A DNA stretch of 64,000 bases from Phoronis australis (GCA_002633005.1 NMRA01000049.1:1216039-1280038), one strand, 5' to 3'; shown: positions 24,959 through 36,777, counted from the stretch's first letter. The notes: generated from the letters alone by a model not told the origin. Program-made: numbers and translations.

Positions 24959-27258
24959 TATTTCCCTAGTTAAATATATTCATGTGAGCATATGGACCCA
25001 TCTCACTCCTTTCCCCCTCATTTCGGTCTATTCCATTATTCCTTTGTGTAGGACTACACGTTTTCCCAGCCTTCGTACTTGTGTGTTATCACGTGCCTCA
25101 AGTTTGGTCAGCTCTTGGCTCTCATAAGCTGATAATTGTCACATGTCCTTAGGCGTTTTTCTTTGTTACTGTAACCTCGCTTTCATTTCACCTTTGTTTC
25201 GGCCACATTATCGTACGTTCCAAAACTTTTTTCTTCGTCCTTTCTCATACTCCATCAATCACTTCATGGTAAGCTCGTTTTCCCGTTTTATACGATGCCT
25301 ATTCATTGTGCTTGTCTTGGTTCTTCGTATGTCCAGTGGCTGGGCCAGTTTGCTCAGTCTCAACCAGCATATTTAACGGCTTGGGTTCGATCCCCACAGT
25401 GTAGTCTCATTTCCTCGGTTTGTCAGGTGCCACCCAGTCTCAAAGGGGCCCCGATCCATATATCAACTTGTCCCCCAATTGTTCTCCATCTCCCCCATTT
25501 CGTTTTTTTCCAGGTTGGAGGGAATGATCTCTCATTCCCATCCGCCAATCCTACCCTCGTTGCTCGTTCCATTTACACCCTTGCACTCCACATCCTTTCC
25601 CTTTCCCCTTCCATTCAACACGTCATTGTTGGCCAGGTTTTTCAACATTTTCATGATGAAGGTTCCTTCAATATTCGGTGACCTTCCCTCAATACCGCCT
25701 TTCGCTCTTTGCTCCATCACCACCCCTCCATAGCCCTCTGGACTCACCGTGGGGGCTTCTGGTGTGACCCTTCACACTTGTATCGTCGTGACCGTGTTCA
25801 TTTTAACCTGGCAGGCCTTGGCAAACAAGCCCTCAGTGTTCCTTTTGCCTTCGGGTTCTACCTTCACCGCTCCTCCCCTCCATCTTAGATTACCCCCCTT
25901 TTACAGTCACTTCCCTGTGTCTATGACACGCCCGGCATGATGCGCCTTACCTTCTTCCCCTTTTCCGCTTCCCGGCGCAATGTGCCACCTCCCCCCTTTG
26001 TGCCTCCTGTGTCAGAGGCACTTTTTGGCACTGTGTGCCTCCTCCCCATGTTCATTGTATAGTCTATTTCTATTTCTTTTGCAACCCATGACATTACGGC
26101 ACTGCGTGCCTTTTCGACATCGTATTCCCCCCGTTTACGGTGTTTTAACGTAGTTCTCACACCCCTTACCACCGGATCTTTTGGTCCTTACCTTGGCCCG
26201 TTATACCCACACTATTCAGTCCCTCTGCTCCCTGTTCTTTCTGTTTCGGATGCCTCGCAAATCCTCTCGCTCCACTTACCATACGCTCGCCCGTCACCGT
26301 CTTCACAGGCAACCACACCCAACGACTCCAGTACTCGGCCGACTCCAGACATCTCCACCATCGTGGCATCCGTCATCACTCAGCTAGGGGAGGACCCATC
26401 CCTATTGCTGCCATCAACTCCTGTATCATCGACCGCTTCATCATCCTCTGCCACGCCTGCACCAGCACCTCAACCAGCTGCGTCTCCTCACCTGAACTTC
26501 GACCACTACCACCTACTTCACCTCACAGCCTGCCGCCACTTTCCAGTAATGACCATTTGCCATTAAGTTTTAATCTGGATGATAAGGTTCGTAGCCTTAT
26601 TGTCACCGAACAATTTGTAGATTTTTACCATTTGCTCCACCCCACTCACTCCTCCTCCGTCCTGTCCATCACTCTCCAGGACGACCAACATATTATTACC
26701 TCCAACACCAAATCCAAATCTACAAAATCCAACGAATGGTTCCTCGCATTTCTACTCTATATGTCCATCTACACCACCTCCCACCCTCACCAGTTCCCCC
26801 ACTTGTGTAAATATACCCAGACCATTTTTACACTGTCGCGTTCCACCCGAATGGGCATGACCTGTCTTACAACATCTCTTGTGGCGCTTTTTTATTGCCC
26901 ATCTTACCAGAGATTACCATTTTTATGTTACTTATCTGTATTCATTACATTGTGATTGTATTAGTCATAATAAATGAGCTTATATCGCCTACCTCGGTCT
27001 CCTTTTTCATCTCTGGTAACGACCTTGTGATGCACATATAATTTAACTGTTATTTGGGACATATGTCGCTCATAAATAGTATTTCACTTGTTAAATTTAT
27101 TTATGTGAGCATATGGACCCGTCTTACTCCTTTCCACCTCATTTTGGTCTATTCCATTATTTGTGTAGGACTATATGTTGTTTTCCCAGCCTTCGGTGTG
27201 TTGTTATCTTGTGCCTCTCATAGGCTGAAGATTGTCACGTGCCCTTAGACGTTTTTCT
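24959..27258 (+). mobile_element. internally deleted DIRS/Ngaro-like retrotransposon with SGNH hydrolase and gag relics
   Basis: Diverged ~200-bp direct repeats at 24959-25163 and 27080-27258. SGNH motifs CLGSSYVQWL, FQVGGNDL and RRDRVHFN lie at 25295-25830. DIRS-type gag (LDDKVRSLIVTEQFVDFYHLL; WFLAFLLYMSIY...P...LCKYTQTI) lies at 26557-26850. No RT, RNase H or YR was found. Confidence 0.7.
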
Positions 27259-28905
27259 TAAATGTAGTCAAATGATTCTCACTTTAGGGTCAAATCAATC
27301 CCATGAATGAGAGCAGGAATTGAGAGACCTACTGTTGGATGTTGCCATGCAAGAACCCGAGTCTAGTATTTACCGTAATCGTTCGGGTTAACGCCCTGGG
27401 CAGTTAAACTGGCGAACCCAAAAAATCAGGGGTGGGCGGTTAACCAGACATGGGCGCTTAAACGTGAAATTTCAAGAAATTGGGGGGGGGGCGGTTAACT
27501 GAACATGGGCGCTTATTATGACAGGCAACCACCCTGGGCGGTTAATCTTACCGTATGATCTGAGTCCCCACACGTACTAAGCCACATACTGGGATCGCCT
27601 AACACTTTGAAAAAAAACTTTATCGCCACCAAGTGCGTACTCTGCGCACTCTAACTAACGAACAGTTTCGAAAATGTAGAGTGTGGTCAAACTCCGAACG
27701 CTTGCATAGAAAGTTTACTGCATAATATGGCGCCTCAGGTGAGACCGATTATTGCGAATTATGCTCATTATTTCACTATACTTCACAGACGTTGAACATG
27801 TTCACCTGCGTAGCAGCCGGTAGCTGTGCTGTAGTTTTAACCCAGTTGTGGTCACGTGCTGACCCATTTTTCCTGTTTGATTAGTGCACTCCCATAATAA
27901 ACAACTTAACTGACGGTCACGTAGACACGGACTACCAGCAGTTCCGAATTTCAGTTCAAAATCATCTCGAGATAACAGAATGTACTCCTGGTCTGAATGG
28001 TCAAAAAGCATAAAAATGTATTATCAATCACGAAAATTGGTTCAACTATTCAGTTGCCATGCACTGTCGACTCGCCTGTTTATGTTGCCGGTATGTGGAG
28101 TTGACATGTACGGTACTCTGGCCTTTCAATGGCTAAATACAATAACAAACTTTTTGTTAACAAACTCTACATTCGAAAAATTGCCACCAAGCTACATTGC
28201 AAAACACAAACACGAGTTTCTGTCCACCCTCGCATTTTTACTGGTCGACTTTGCTGACAAGAAGTCGGCCTATTCCAGTGTCGACCGTGAACAACCATCG
28301 TTGCAGCTTTCGTTTCAACTGTGAGACGCAGCTTTTCTTAGCAAATGAAACCATCTATTGTCTGACATTTGGCCACACAAGTTTGGGTTAAAATTAGTTA
28401 AACCTGTAACAAATATCATGTTTCCGATTTCTAAGTCATCGCTTTCATCAAAAGGTGCCTCATAATAATATGCGTGCCGTGGAAAAAATGTCAAAATGGT
28501 TTCCAGTGACTTAAAGCGTCAGCAAGTGCTGCAGTCACGTCGTTGGTGTACGGCGACATCTATGAAACCAATTGAATGATAAGAGAATCATACTGTCACG
28601 GTATTCAGCATTGAAGCAAACGACATTCAACTTGTGGCACGACCTGATGTTCTAGAACGATTCGTTCTACTGAGTCAGGGTAGGACACCGCCGCAAATGT
28701 ATTCACTTGACGCCCCACTGTTTCCAAACAAAAACAAACAACTATCCTATTAGCCAGGTCGGAGAATGATTTTGATACGAAAATGAAGTGTGAAACTGAA
28801 AATATAGTGACCAAGCTCCTGCTATGAGTTACTGAAAATATGCAATAAAAGACTGAATATACTTTTAGTACACAACACTTTTCATTTCGTAATATTTACT
28901 GAACA

Positions 28906-29520
28906 TTACAAATATATCTTGTCAGTGTCAACATATCGTCCGATTTCGCATGAAAACTTGTCGAGGACACTTCTACAATGGAAGTTAATGAAATAAACTG
29001 TGTCCAACTTCGTTCCGCCTCCTTTCCTCGCACCCCCATGTTGAAGTGAGCCCAAGAAAATTGCACGAGAATTGGTGACACTTCTCAAGCGAAAGAGTTC
29101 GCAAATTCCTCTGGGCACGTGGCCAACTGTCCGACCGTCAGACATCACCACTTTCACGGAATTGGCATCGTGGGGATTATCTTTTTCTGGCTGACAGTTC
29201 AGGATGCACTCCATGCCTATTGGCGGTCTCACATGGTAATGATGGTAGCTGAAAAACAATTCAAATTCGCATAAATAAACATATCGAAATTCACGACATT
29301 TTAAAAAGCAATCTTCCAGCTTATTATGTACGCTAGCACACTTGTCGACAATCTCCTTTTCATTCTCAAAAATTTTCTTGACATAGCGTTTACGTTTTTG
29401 ACGTGGCACTCACCCGTTTATTGTTGACTGAAAGACCACGGGATAACTCGAAGATGGCCCATACAACGTCCGAAACCCATCCCAAGCTTCAAACAAGCTC
29501 AGAACACCACAGTTAGCCAT
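28906..29520 (-). CDS. stand-alone HIRAN-domain protein, 2 exons, 149 aa, inside the pogo element
   Basis: Exon 1 is 29520-29414 (ATGGCT...AACGG|GTGAGT), then a 165-bp intron, then exon 2 at 29248-28906 (TGTTTTTCAG|C TAC). Splicing creates VFQSTINGYHHY followed by NCQPEKDNPHDANSVKVVMSDGRTVGHVPRGIC, the HIRAN signature (G..y; E.dN..D.nav.V; vGhvP). No stops or frameshifts. Confidence 0.85.
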
Positions 29521-30217
29521 GACGATCACCAAAGATTGCTGTAATACTGAGGCACGGTAAATTATTCAAGTAAATGTATTACGCGTTTATAAAGAGGCGT
29601 GGTTAGATTCTATTACCTTCTGCACCCATCCAGCTACAAAACAAGCTTGACTGCAAACTTCAGACCAGAACAAAGCAATAACAACTTTAGAGAATTCCGC
29701 AACTTCAATAATGACAGTATACCTATTCTTGTTGTTTTATTGACCACGGCTTATGAAAGTACACAATGATGCAACCTGCCCAAATGTATTAGGTGGGCTC
29801 AAATTACTGATGACTGTTGGTGATAATGTGAATGCTTCCCAGGACAAGATGAATATCAAAAGAATACTAATGAAATTTCTGGAAGGACATAAAATTAGTA
29901 TTAAGTCCTGTCTCTTGTAATCTGTCTGACCTATTGTAGTCCTCCTCGTCTATTCTGTTGGTTTGTGCTGTTGGGTTAATCTGCTATAATTTTCTTCTTG
30001 GACACACACCTTGTTCTTGGTTCACCTGTGTTACGTTGTTTACCAGTTTATCTTATGATCTTTATAAGTCATTTCGTGACTATTTCTTGGCCGTGATTGG
30101 TTACCTTTGAATGTTTATTTACGTGTTTGTTATGATTTCCCTCAGTTGATCCAGTTGTCTCAGCTGCGAAATACACTATTTGATATACGCATTAAATCCA
30201 TCTGGTGTTACATTACC

Positions 30218-31204
30218 ATGCCAAAACAAAGAAGTTTTTCCGTTAAAACTAAGCTTGAAGTCAGAGAGTGGCACAGGAGGAACGGCGGCGTGATTGCTAG
30301 AACTGCGAAAGAGTATAGCGTCGATCGTAAGCGAGTGCGAGAATGGCTGGCCAATGAGCACCTATTAACCCAAAATAGTATCGGATCAGTGGCGAATTTG
30401 AGACGGTTGCATCCCGGGGGCCCAGTGAACACTGACCTGGATGCAGAGATGCTGGAGTATTTACTGGACGAGAGAGCGGAGGGGCGACCTATAAGCAACA
30501 AGGGTCTGCAAGAAAAGGCCCTGGAAATATCTCGTGGAATGGGCGGGGGCATAAACCAGAACTTTTTAGCGTCTGACGGATGGCTGCGTCGGTGGAAAAA
30601 AAGAAACCACGTGGGAATCAGGAGAGGGACGAACGAAGCCCAAAAGCTGCCGGAAGATTACGCAAATCAAATCAAGGTGTTCCGGCAGGAATTGAGAGCG
30701 CTGCGTCTGGATCATGATTACACCGACAATAACATATCCAACATGGACCAAAGGATGTGTAGGTTTGATATGGCTAGCACTCGGACCAATAACATTCACA
30801 GTGAACGGGACATTAGAATATCATCAACTGGAGGGTCTAAAAGAGGTTTCAATGTGGCCCTTTGTGCGTCCGCAAATGGTAACAAAAAGCCCGCATACAT
30901 AGTATTCAAAGAGCACGGCGGACATATACCACCGCGGGTTGCTGCAAACCTGGTAGTGCCACAGAACGTGAAAGTAGCCAGCACGGTCAACGGTTGGATG
31001 ACAGGTCCGTTAATGCAAGAATGGGTTCGGCGCTGTTGGGGACCCAACGAGGACGACTTGCGTCGGCTACTTGTCCTGGACAGAGCCAGAATTCACTCAA
31101 TAACCCGGCAATTACACTCACCAAAATATAAAGAATTTATCAACTTTTTGCGATTCATGGGAATTCTTCAAAATCCCAAGAGCTTACAACCTAAAGCGCA
31201 TTGA
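30218..31204 (+). pseudogene. pogo transposase (Brinker-type HTH + CENP-B HTH + DDE_1), C-terminally deleted at ~31100
   Basis: MPKQRSFSVKTKLEV..IARTAKEYSVDRKRVREW; FLASDGWLRRWKKRN; first catalytic D in SNMDQ; NGWMT; second D in LLVLDRARIH. It then joins directly to 3' non-coding sequence, so the third D (QPLD motif) is missing. Confidence 0.9.
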
Positions 31205-32239
31205 GAAGGTTGGCAAAACCAATGTCACATTTCTCTGACCTGGTTATTTCGAATACATCTTTTATATAGTGCAAAATAGTCGAAAAATCAGTGTGGCAGA
31301 GATTGTGGCTGAAAGTGGAGGTGTAGACGCCGGCGCGGTTCTTAAAGTTTGCGAACATGAGAAGAAAAGAAAGTGACAAAGTGTTCAAGTATTACATTTT
31401 GAAGTTAATCGATGACCCATTACAATAATTTGTTACTGGTATCATAATTAAAATTGCTCTGAGGCCGTCGTTGCACTCAATGTTATCATCGATCTTAATC
31501 TAAAAGGTCGGGGATTCGCGTTTCCTTATTAGCACAGGGCGGTAATCACCAATCGTCAAAAGTAGGGGATGAGCGCTTAACCGAGAGGTGGGCGCTTAAT
31601 TGGAAATCTTCAAAAATAGCAGGGGGCGGTTAAATCGAAAATCCACCTGAAGTAGGGGATGGGCGGCTGAGCATGGGCGTTAACCCGAACGATTACGGTA
31701 GGCTACCAGCGCTCACTTCATTGGATCATTACTCAGCACCATCAGAAGTTCCATCATGGTGCCAGAGTATTCACTAAACCGTTGTCTAAAAATTGAGTCA
31801 CTACACAGCAGTTTTTAGTACTCACTACATATATCAGTGGGAAACATTTTACAAAACCGTCTAAGTGCTTTTTTGAAGGTCTGTTCATTTGTCCATTTTA
31901 AGGTGGTTCATATTAATATTACCAGAGCCTCAAAGACTCCAACAGCTACTTTAGTTTGGAGTCTCCAATTGGTTTACACAGATGTACAGCCATATAATTC
32001 AAATCCCTTTTTGAAGAAAAACAAAAATTTGGCCAAGTGACTTAAATCAAATCTCTGTTGCAAATCTCATCCAAAACTAAACAAATGTCAATTTGCGAAA
32101 GTATTGGCGAGGTCATAGTCTGCAATAATGAAAATAATTCTATACATTTTGATTGTCCAATGGGATGTCAATAGTCACCAACCAGTTGTTGCTTATAATT
32201 TACAAGAGACAAATGAAACTACTCAGTTCCTTATCAATT

Positions 32240-32525
32240 CTGCAAAAATGCCGAAACAGCATGAAACTATATTTTACCAAATTAAATGCTTTCAGGATCT
32301 CCAAGTGCTTTGTCTGGATGAAGGTTTACTTGCCTAACACAAACTGCAAAGAAATATGATGTCACTGAGGCCAGAGACTGATCAGAATGCGTCTATCGGA
32401 CATCAGGCATACAGAAATTTTATCTTGTGGCAACATGGACATCTTGGGAGACACGTGGGCAGAGTTGCACAGTTGTGTATGTACAAAAATATTTACAGAC
32501 TCAATGGGGCATACAGGCTACACAG
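32240..32525 (+). pseudogene. P2X7-ballast-like (Kolobok KolX-type) gene relic; its 5' part appears split by the pogo insertion
   Basis: KMPKQHE..., FQDLQVLCLDEGLLA, HQAYRNFILWQHGHLG..SCV..YTGY. The pogo flanks read ELRDLLLDVAMQEP (27317-27360) and SAPSEVPSWC (31734-31765). Confidence 0.65.
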
Positions 32526-32871
32526 ATGTAGCTGAGCATTGAATCTTGGTACTCTGGTGAAACCTGCTTGTGCACAATTGTTACTTCATTTGGGAGATCA
32601 AAGCATTTCACTGTTTTTGCTAAAATCGCGTTGCTACCAGAGAAATTCTGTGATTCAAACTTTAGGATGACGCACCAAAAACATGAGTGTCGGATAATGT
32701 GTTCCAAACGCAATCAGCATTCATCCAGTGGCTATAATCATTTAGTGTAATTTCATGTAGTTGCAAATAGAACATTATCAAGTGGTGGTTGTCTTTTATC
32801 AAACCACCTCAGCACCAGTGCTCTACCCCACATTTAATGGTGCCGTGACCCTCAACTCACATGGATGTAAA

Positions 32872-33601
32872 ATGCTTAAAAGCAAAAAGGACTGCCCAGA
32901 AGGGGCAAATCACAACGCTACTCAATCGCCTCACCAACTTGCCGAACAATTCTCATCAGGCAACGCCGCTTCTGGATACCCTTAAAGATAAACTAATGCA
33001 GTCAAGGAACTCAATGACGAAATACAGCAACAGATAGAAAACAACGAGCAAACTGCAGAGGAAATGCTCACTGATGAATCATACGTGACGAACATTCATA
33101 TGCAATAGCTGAATTCAATCTCATCAACACAGCATCCTCCACCAGAAATAGCCAAATCCTCAACACCCAACCACAGTTCTGCTCTGTCTTCCACCTTTCG
33201 CCTGCCCATTTTAATACACTGCAGAAATTTCGTGGAAATATCATGGAATATAAAACGTTTTGGAACCTATACTAGGCCAGTGTACACAACCTGCAGTCGT
33301 TGCCAACAGTGCACAAATTTGTATATCTCAAATCGCTGGTGATGGACAAAACACTACAACTGATCGATGGTCTCCCAATTGACAACACCCACAATGCCAT
33401 CGCGATACAACTCCTCCAAGAGCAGTATGGATGTACAATGAAAGTGCGAGCCAGCCTCATTGAGTGGACTCACCAGACCACCACCCGTCAACATTGCGCT
33501 CTTTCTACGACATGCTAGAAACTAAATTACAGCAACTCTCCGCTATTGGCTCGTACCATTGGAGTCTGCTTGAGCCGGTTCAGACGAATAATCTGCCATT
33601 G
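32872..33601 (+). pseudogene. BEL/Pao LTR-retrotransposon gag (DUF1759-like) fragment; resumes at 34837-35030
   Basis: KFRGNIMEYKTFWNLY*ASVHNLQSLPTVHKFVYLKSLV..LIDGLPI..AIQLLQEQYG..LRSFYDMLE. Confidence 0.75.
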
Positions 33602-34161
33602 CACCAAAAAGGTTTTATTGTTGGTAGATTTATTGGCGAAAATATTCGAATAATTTATGATCTTATCTGTGCAACTGACCAATTGAATATCCCTGGATTA
33701 CTGGTCCTGGTGGATTTTGAGAAGGCGTTCGATTCAGTTTCCTGGGTATTTCTACAAAAAACTCTGTCTTTTTTTAATTTTGGCCCAAACATCAAAAAGT
33801 GGGTATCGTTGCTCAATGAGGGAGCTATGGCTTGTGTAATTCAATATGGAAAAACTTCTCAATTTTTTGAAATGGGCAGAGGCTGTAAACAAGGAGACCC
33901 TTTATCTCCCTATCTTTTTCTACTATGTGCTGAGATTATGGGAATTCTCTTTAGGAAAAACAAAAATATAAAAGGTATACAAATTGGAGCTCAAGAATTT
34001 AAACTAGTTCAATATGCAGATGACACTGCTATCATACTTGATGGTTCCGAAAGATCATTAAAAAACTCTCTTGATCTGCTTGACCAGTTCTCAAAGTATT
34101 CAGGTCTAACTCCTAATTTAGAAAAAACAACTTGTGTTTGGATAGGTTCTATGAGGCAAAG
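33602..34161 (+). mobile_element. 5'-truncated L1/Tx1-clade non-LTR retrotransposon reverse transcriptase, running into an assembly gap
   Basis: Uninterrupted QKGFIVGRFIGENIRIIYDLI, LVDFEKAFDSVSW, RGCKQGDPLSPYLF, QYADDT and SGLTPNLEKT. Confidence 0.92.
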
Positions 34162-34836
34162 NNNNNNNNNNNNNNNNNNNNNNNNNNNNNNNNNNNNNNN
34201 NNNNNNNNNNNNNNNNNNNNNNNNNNNNNNNNNNNNNNNNNNNNNNNNNNNNNNNNNNNNNNNNNNNNNNNNNNNNNNNNNNNNNNNNNNNNNNNNNNNN
34301 NNNNNNNNNNNNNNNNNNNNNNNNNNNNNNNNNNNNNNNNNNNNNNNNNNNNNNNNNNNNNNNNNNNNNNNNNNNNNNNNNNNNNNNNNNNNNNNNNNNN
34401 NNNNNNNNNNNNNNNNNNNNNNNNNNNNNNNNNNNNNNNNNNNNNNNNNNNNNNNNNNNNNNNNNNNNNNNNNNNNNNNNNNNNNNNNNNNNNNNNNNNN
34501 NNNNNNNNNNNNNNNNNNNNNNNNNNNNNNNNNNNNNNNNNNNNNNNNNNNNNNNNNNNNNNNNNNNNNNNNNNNNNNNNNNNNNNNNNNNNNNNNNNNN
34601 NNNNNNNNNNNNNNNNNNNNNNNNNNNNNNNNNNNNNNNNNNNNNNNNNNNNNNNNNNNNNNNNNNNNNNNNNNNNNNNNNNNNNNNNNNNNNNNNNNNN
34701 NNNNNNNNNNNNNNNNNNNNNNNNNNNNNNNNNNNNNNNNNNNNNNNNNNNNNNNNNNNNNNNNNNNNNNNNNNNNNNNNNNNNNNNNNNNNNNNNNNNN
34801 NNNNNNNNNNNNNNNNNNNNNNNNNNNNNNNNNNNA
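34162..34836. other. assembly gap (N run)
   Basis: Continuous N. Confidence 1.
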
Positions 34837-35549
34837 ACATTGCGCTCTTTCTACGACATGCTAGAAACTAAATTACAGCAACTCTCCGCTATTGGCTCGT
34901 ACCATTGGAGTCTGCTTGAGCCGGTTCAGACGAATAATCTGCCATTGTCCATTAAACGTTTGATCGGACAACGCACCAATAGTAACTTGGGCATAACACT
35001 TAACCGACTACGAAACTTTCTCTGAAAAAAACCAGAGATCGTGCATGCCTTCCACAATAACACACCATCTGCACTACTGCAACCATGTCTTCATTCCATA
35101 CACATACACTTAATTTGCTAGTGTTGTTTTTTCAAGGCTTTTGGCATTCAAACTTGCCAAATCAACTCTCTTAATTGCAAAAAACAGGGAAAAGCCAGCT
35201 GAGCTCACAGCCCATCTCATTGGTCCTGCAAGTCAATGCTTATGCTACGTGCAGATCGAGCTGAGCTTGTGGAGACTGGGTCAAGGGGGTTGTGGACCGT
35301 GGGTTGAGGGGTGTGGGAGTAGAGGGGGTTTTAGAATAATCCCACATTGCGTCTGTTTTGAATTGCTGGTATTATCTTGCTTGCTCATAATTATTTTGTG
35401 TAGTCAGTTTTGTTACCTAGTACGTTTTTAAAGTACTATGCAGCTGCAGCATTTACATACAACACAGACCATCTGGAGCCACTGGTGAGGACGGTGACTC
35501 TGACGTGGATTACACATCACGCTTTGACAGACACCGACAACCGCAAACT

Positions 35550-36625
35550 TTTGTCTACGTATTTCTTCAGATATTTTGCATTACGTGCAAGTCCTGTGTG
35601 GTTGCATAATATGTATGATTTTGATGGGGACAGCACTGACATTTTTGCCTGTGTCAGTTACAATTTGTTTTCAACAACTTACCATTTTTTTCCATGGATT
35701 TTACGTTGTGAGTACTATGTGTTTTTTCATCTAGCAAGACAAGTGCTTGTGTAACACAATGACGGGTGATCAACCAACTGGTGATCAAGACATGAAGGAG
35801 ACGTAACATGTTGGTGGTGATGGTAAAGAAGTCATTGTTCTTAAAGATGTATATCACGACAACCAAGGTGAGTATGGTGAGTATGTTTCAATGTTTCACT
35901 TGCTCGTGTCTTCATCAGGAGGGAGTTAAACATTCAATTTACAAGAGTGTGGCATTTAACACGGGTCTCTGCCTCTTACGGTCAAACTTCTACTGATCCA
36001 ACACCTCTTCAAACCTAAGGGTCAGATTGAAAAAGGCTTGAAAATATACAAGAATTCCAAGTGTAATATCAGTGCAGTATGACATGGGAAGTTTTAGTAA
36101 CAATGAAAGTGCTGTGTGGGTGGAGAACCAAGAGGCCATGTAAAAGGCAAAATATTAACCAATTTGTTCTGTCTGGATTGAAAGCTAAGGGAAGAAACAT
36201 TCTGGCATCAAAAAAAAAAAGAAAAACTGAAAATAGTTCGCTAGCTCAGTCAAAGCATAGGAATCGAATGAGAGAATTGTATTTTCAATAATCTCCAAGA
36301 ATTCAACAACCATCTCATTACAGCTGAGGAAAAATATGCTTGTTTGTCTCATTTGTCTCACTTTTCAGTTAAAAAACTACAAGACTTGTAGAATTTCAAA
36401 AACCTGGCTTGGCTAATGTTGCAAACAGTCCAAGTATAGGCCAAAAACAAGTCTGAAACACTTCTGCTCAGAGTATAACTTAGAATGTAAGGACCCAGAC
36501 AAGGGAATTACACCATCCACTCAATGTGACAGGTGCTATGGCTGGTTTCACTTTAAATGTGCCAATCTTATCGAGCACAATCCACCTCCCCGAGGCAGAA
36601 TGGTTTTGTCTAGCATGTGACTCCA
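35550..36625 (+). pseudogene. copy 3 of the unidentified ORF family, with a C-terminal PHD finger
   Basis: Homologous to 23815-24545 and 18418-19149. It ends FCSEYNLECKDPDKGITPSTQCDRCYGWFHFKCANL..(frameshift)EAEWFCLACD. Confidence 0.7.
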
Positions 36626-36777
36626 GCATACAGCATACAATCAAATGAACGACATATTTACTTCCCTAAGTAACAATTACCTCTTTAAAGACAAGACACT
36701 AAAGCGAAAGGCTCACGCGCAGCATCATNCCCCCCGAGACTTTTTGCACTTGTGTCAGAAAAGCATAATATATTACG

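Larger units (their letters stand above)
27373..31698 (+). mobile_element. pogo-family DNA transposon (4.3 kb) with both TIRs and a TA target duplication, carrying a HIRAN cargo gene
   Basis: TA|CCGTAATCGTTCGGGTTAACGCCC ... GGGCGTTAACCCGAACGATTACGG|TA is a perfect 24-bp TIR pair. GGGCG(G/C)TTAA subterminal arrays occur at both ends. Confidence 0.93.

Noticed and set aside
29249-29409. N-terminal 54 aa (MPRQKRKRY...) of the listed 167-aa ORF
   Set aside because: It starts at a GTG inside a GTGAGT donor and is the intron of the HIRAN gene. The true ATG exon is 29520-29414.
29519-29920. Phase-compatible three-exon + strand mini-gene between HIRAN and the transposase
   Set aside because: Weak donor and acceptor sites, no recognisable motif, and it abuts the HIRAN start. 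It cannot be distinguished from chance.
30176-31047. Several minus-strand ORFs over the pogo transposase
   Set aside because: Antisense shadows of a GC-richer coding sequence.
33464-35025. Long ORFs (466, 297, 240 aa) and similar ones at 38812-39631
   Set aside because: Artefacts of translating through N gaps and minisatellites. The 466-aa ORF is a chance in-frame gag/RT junction.
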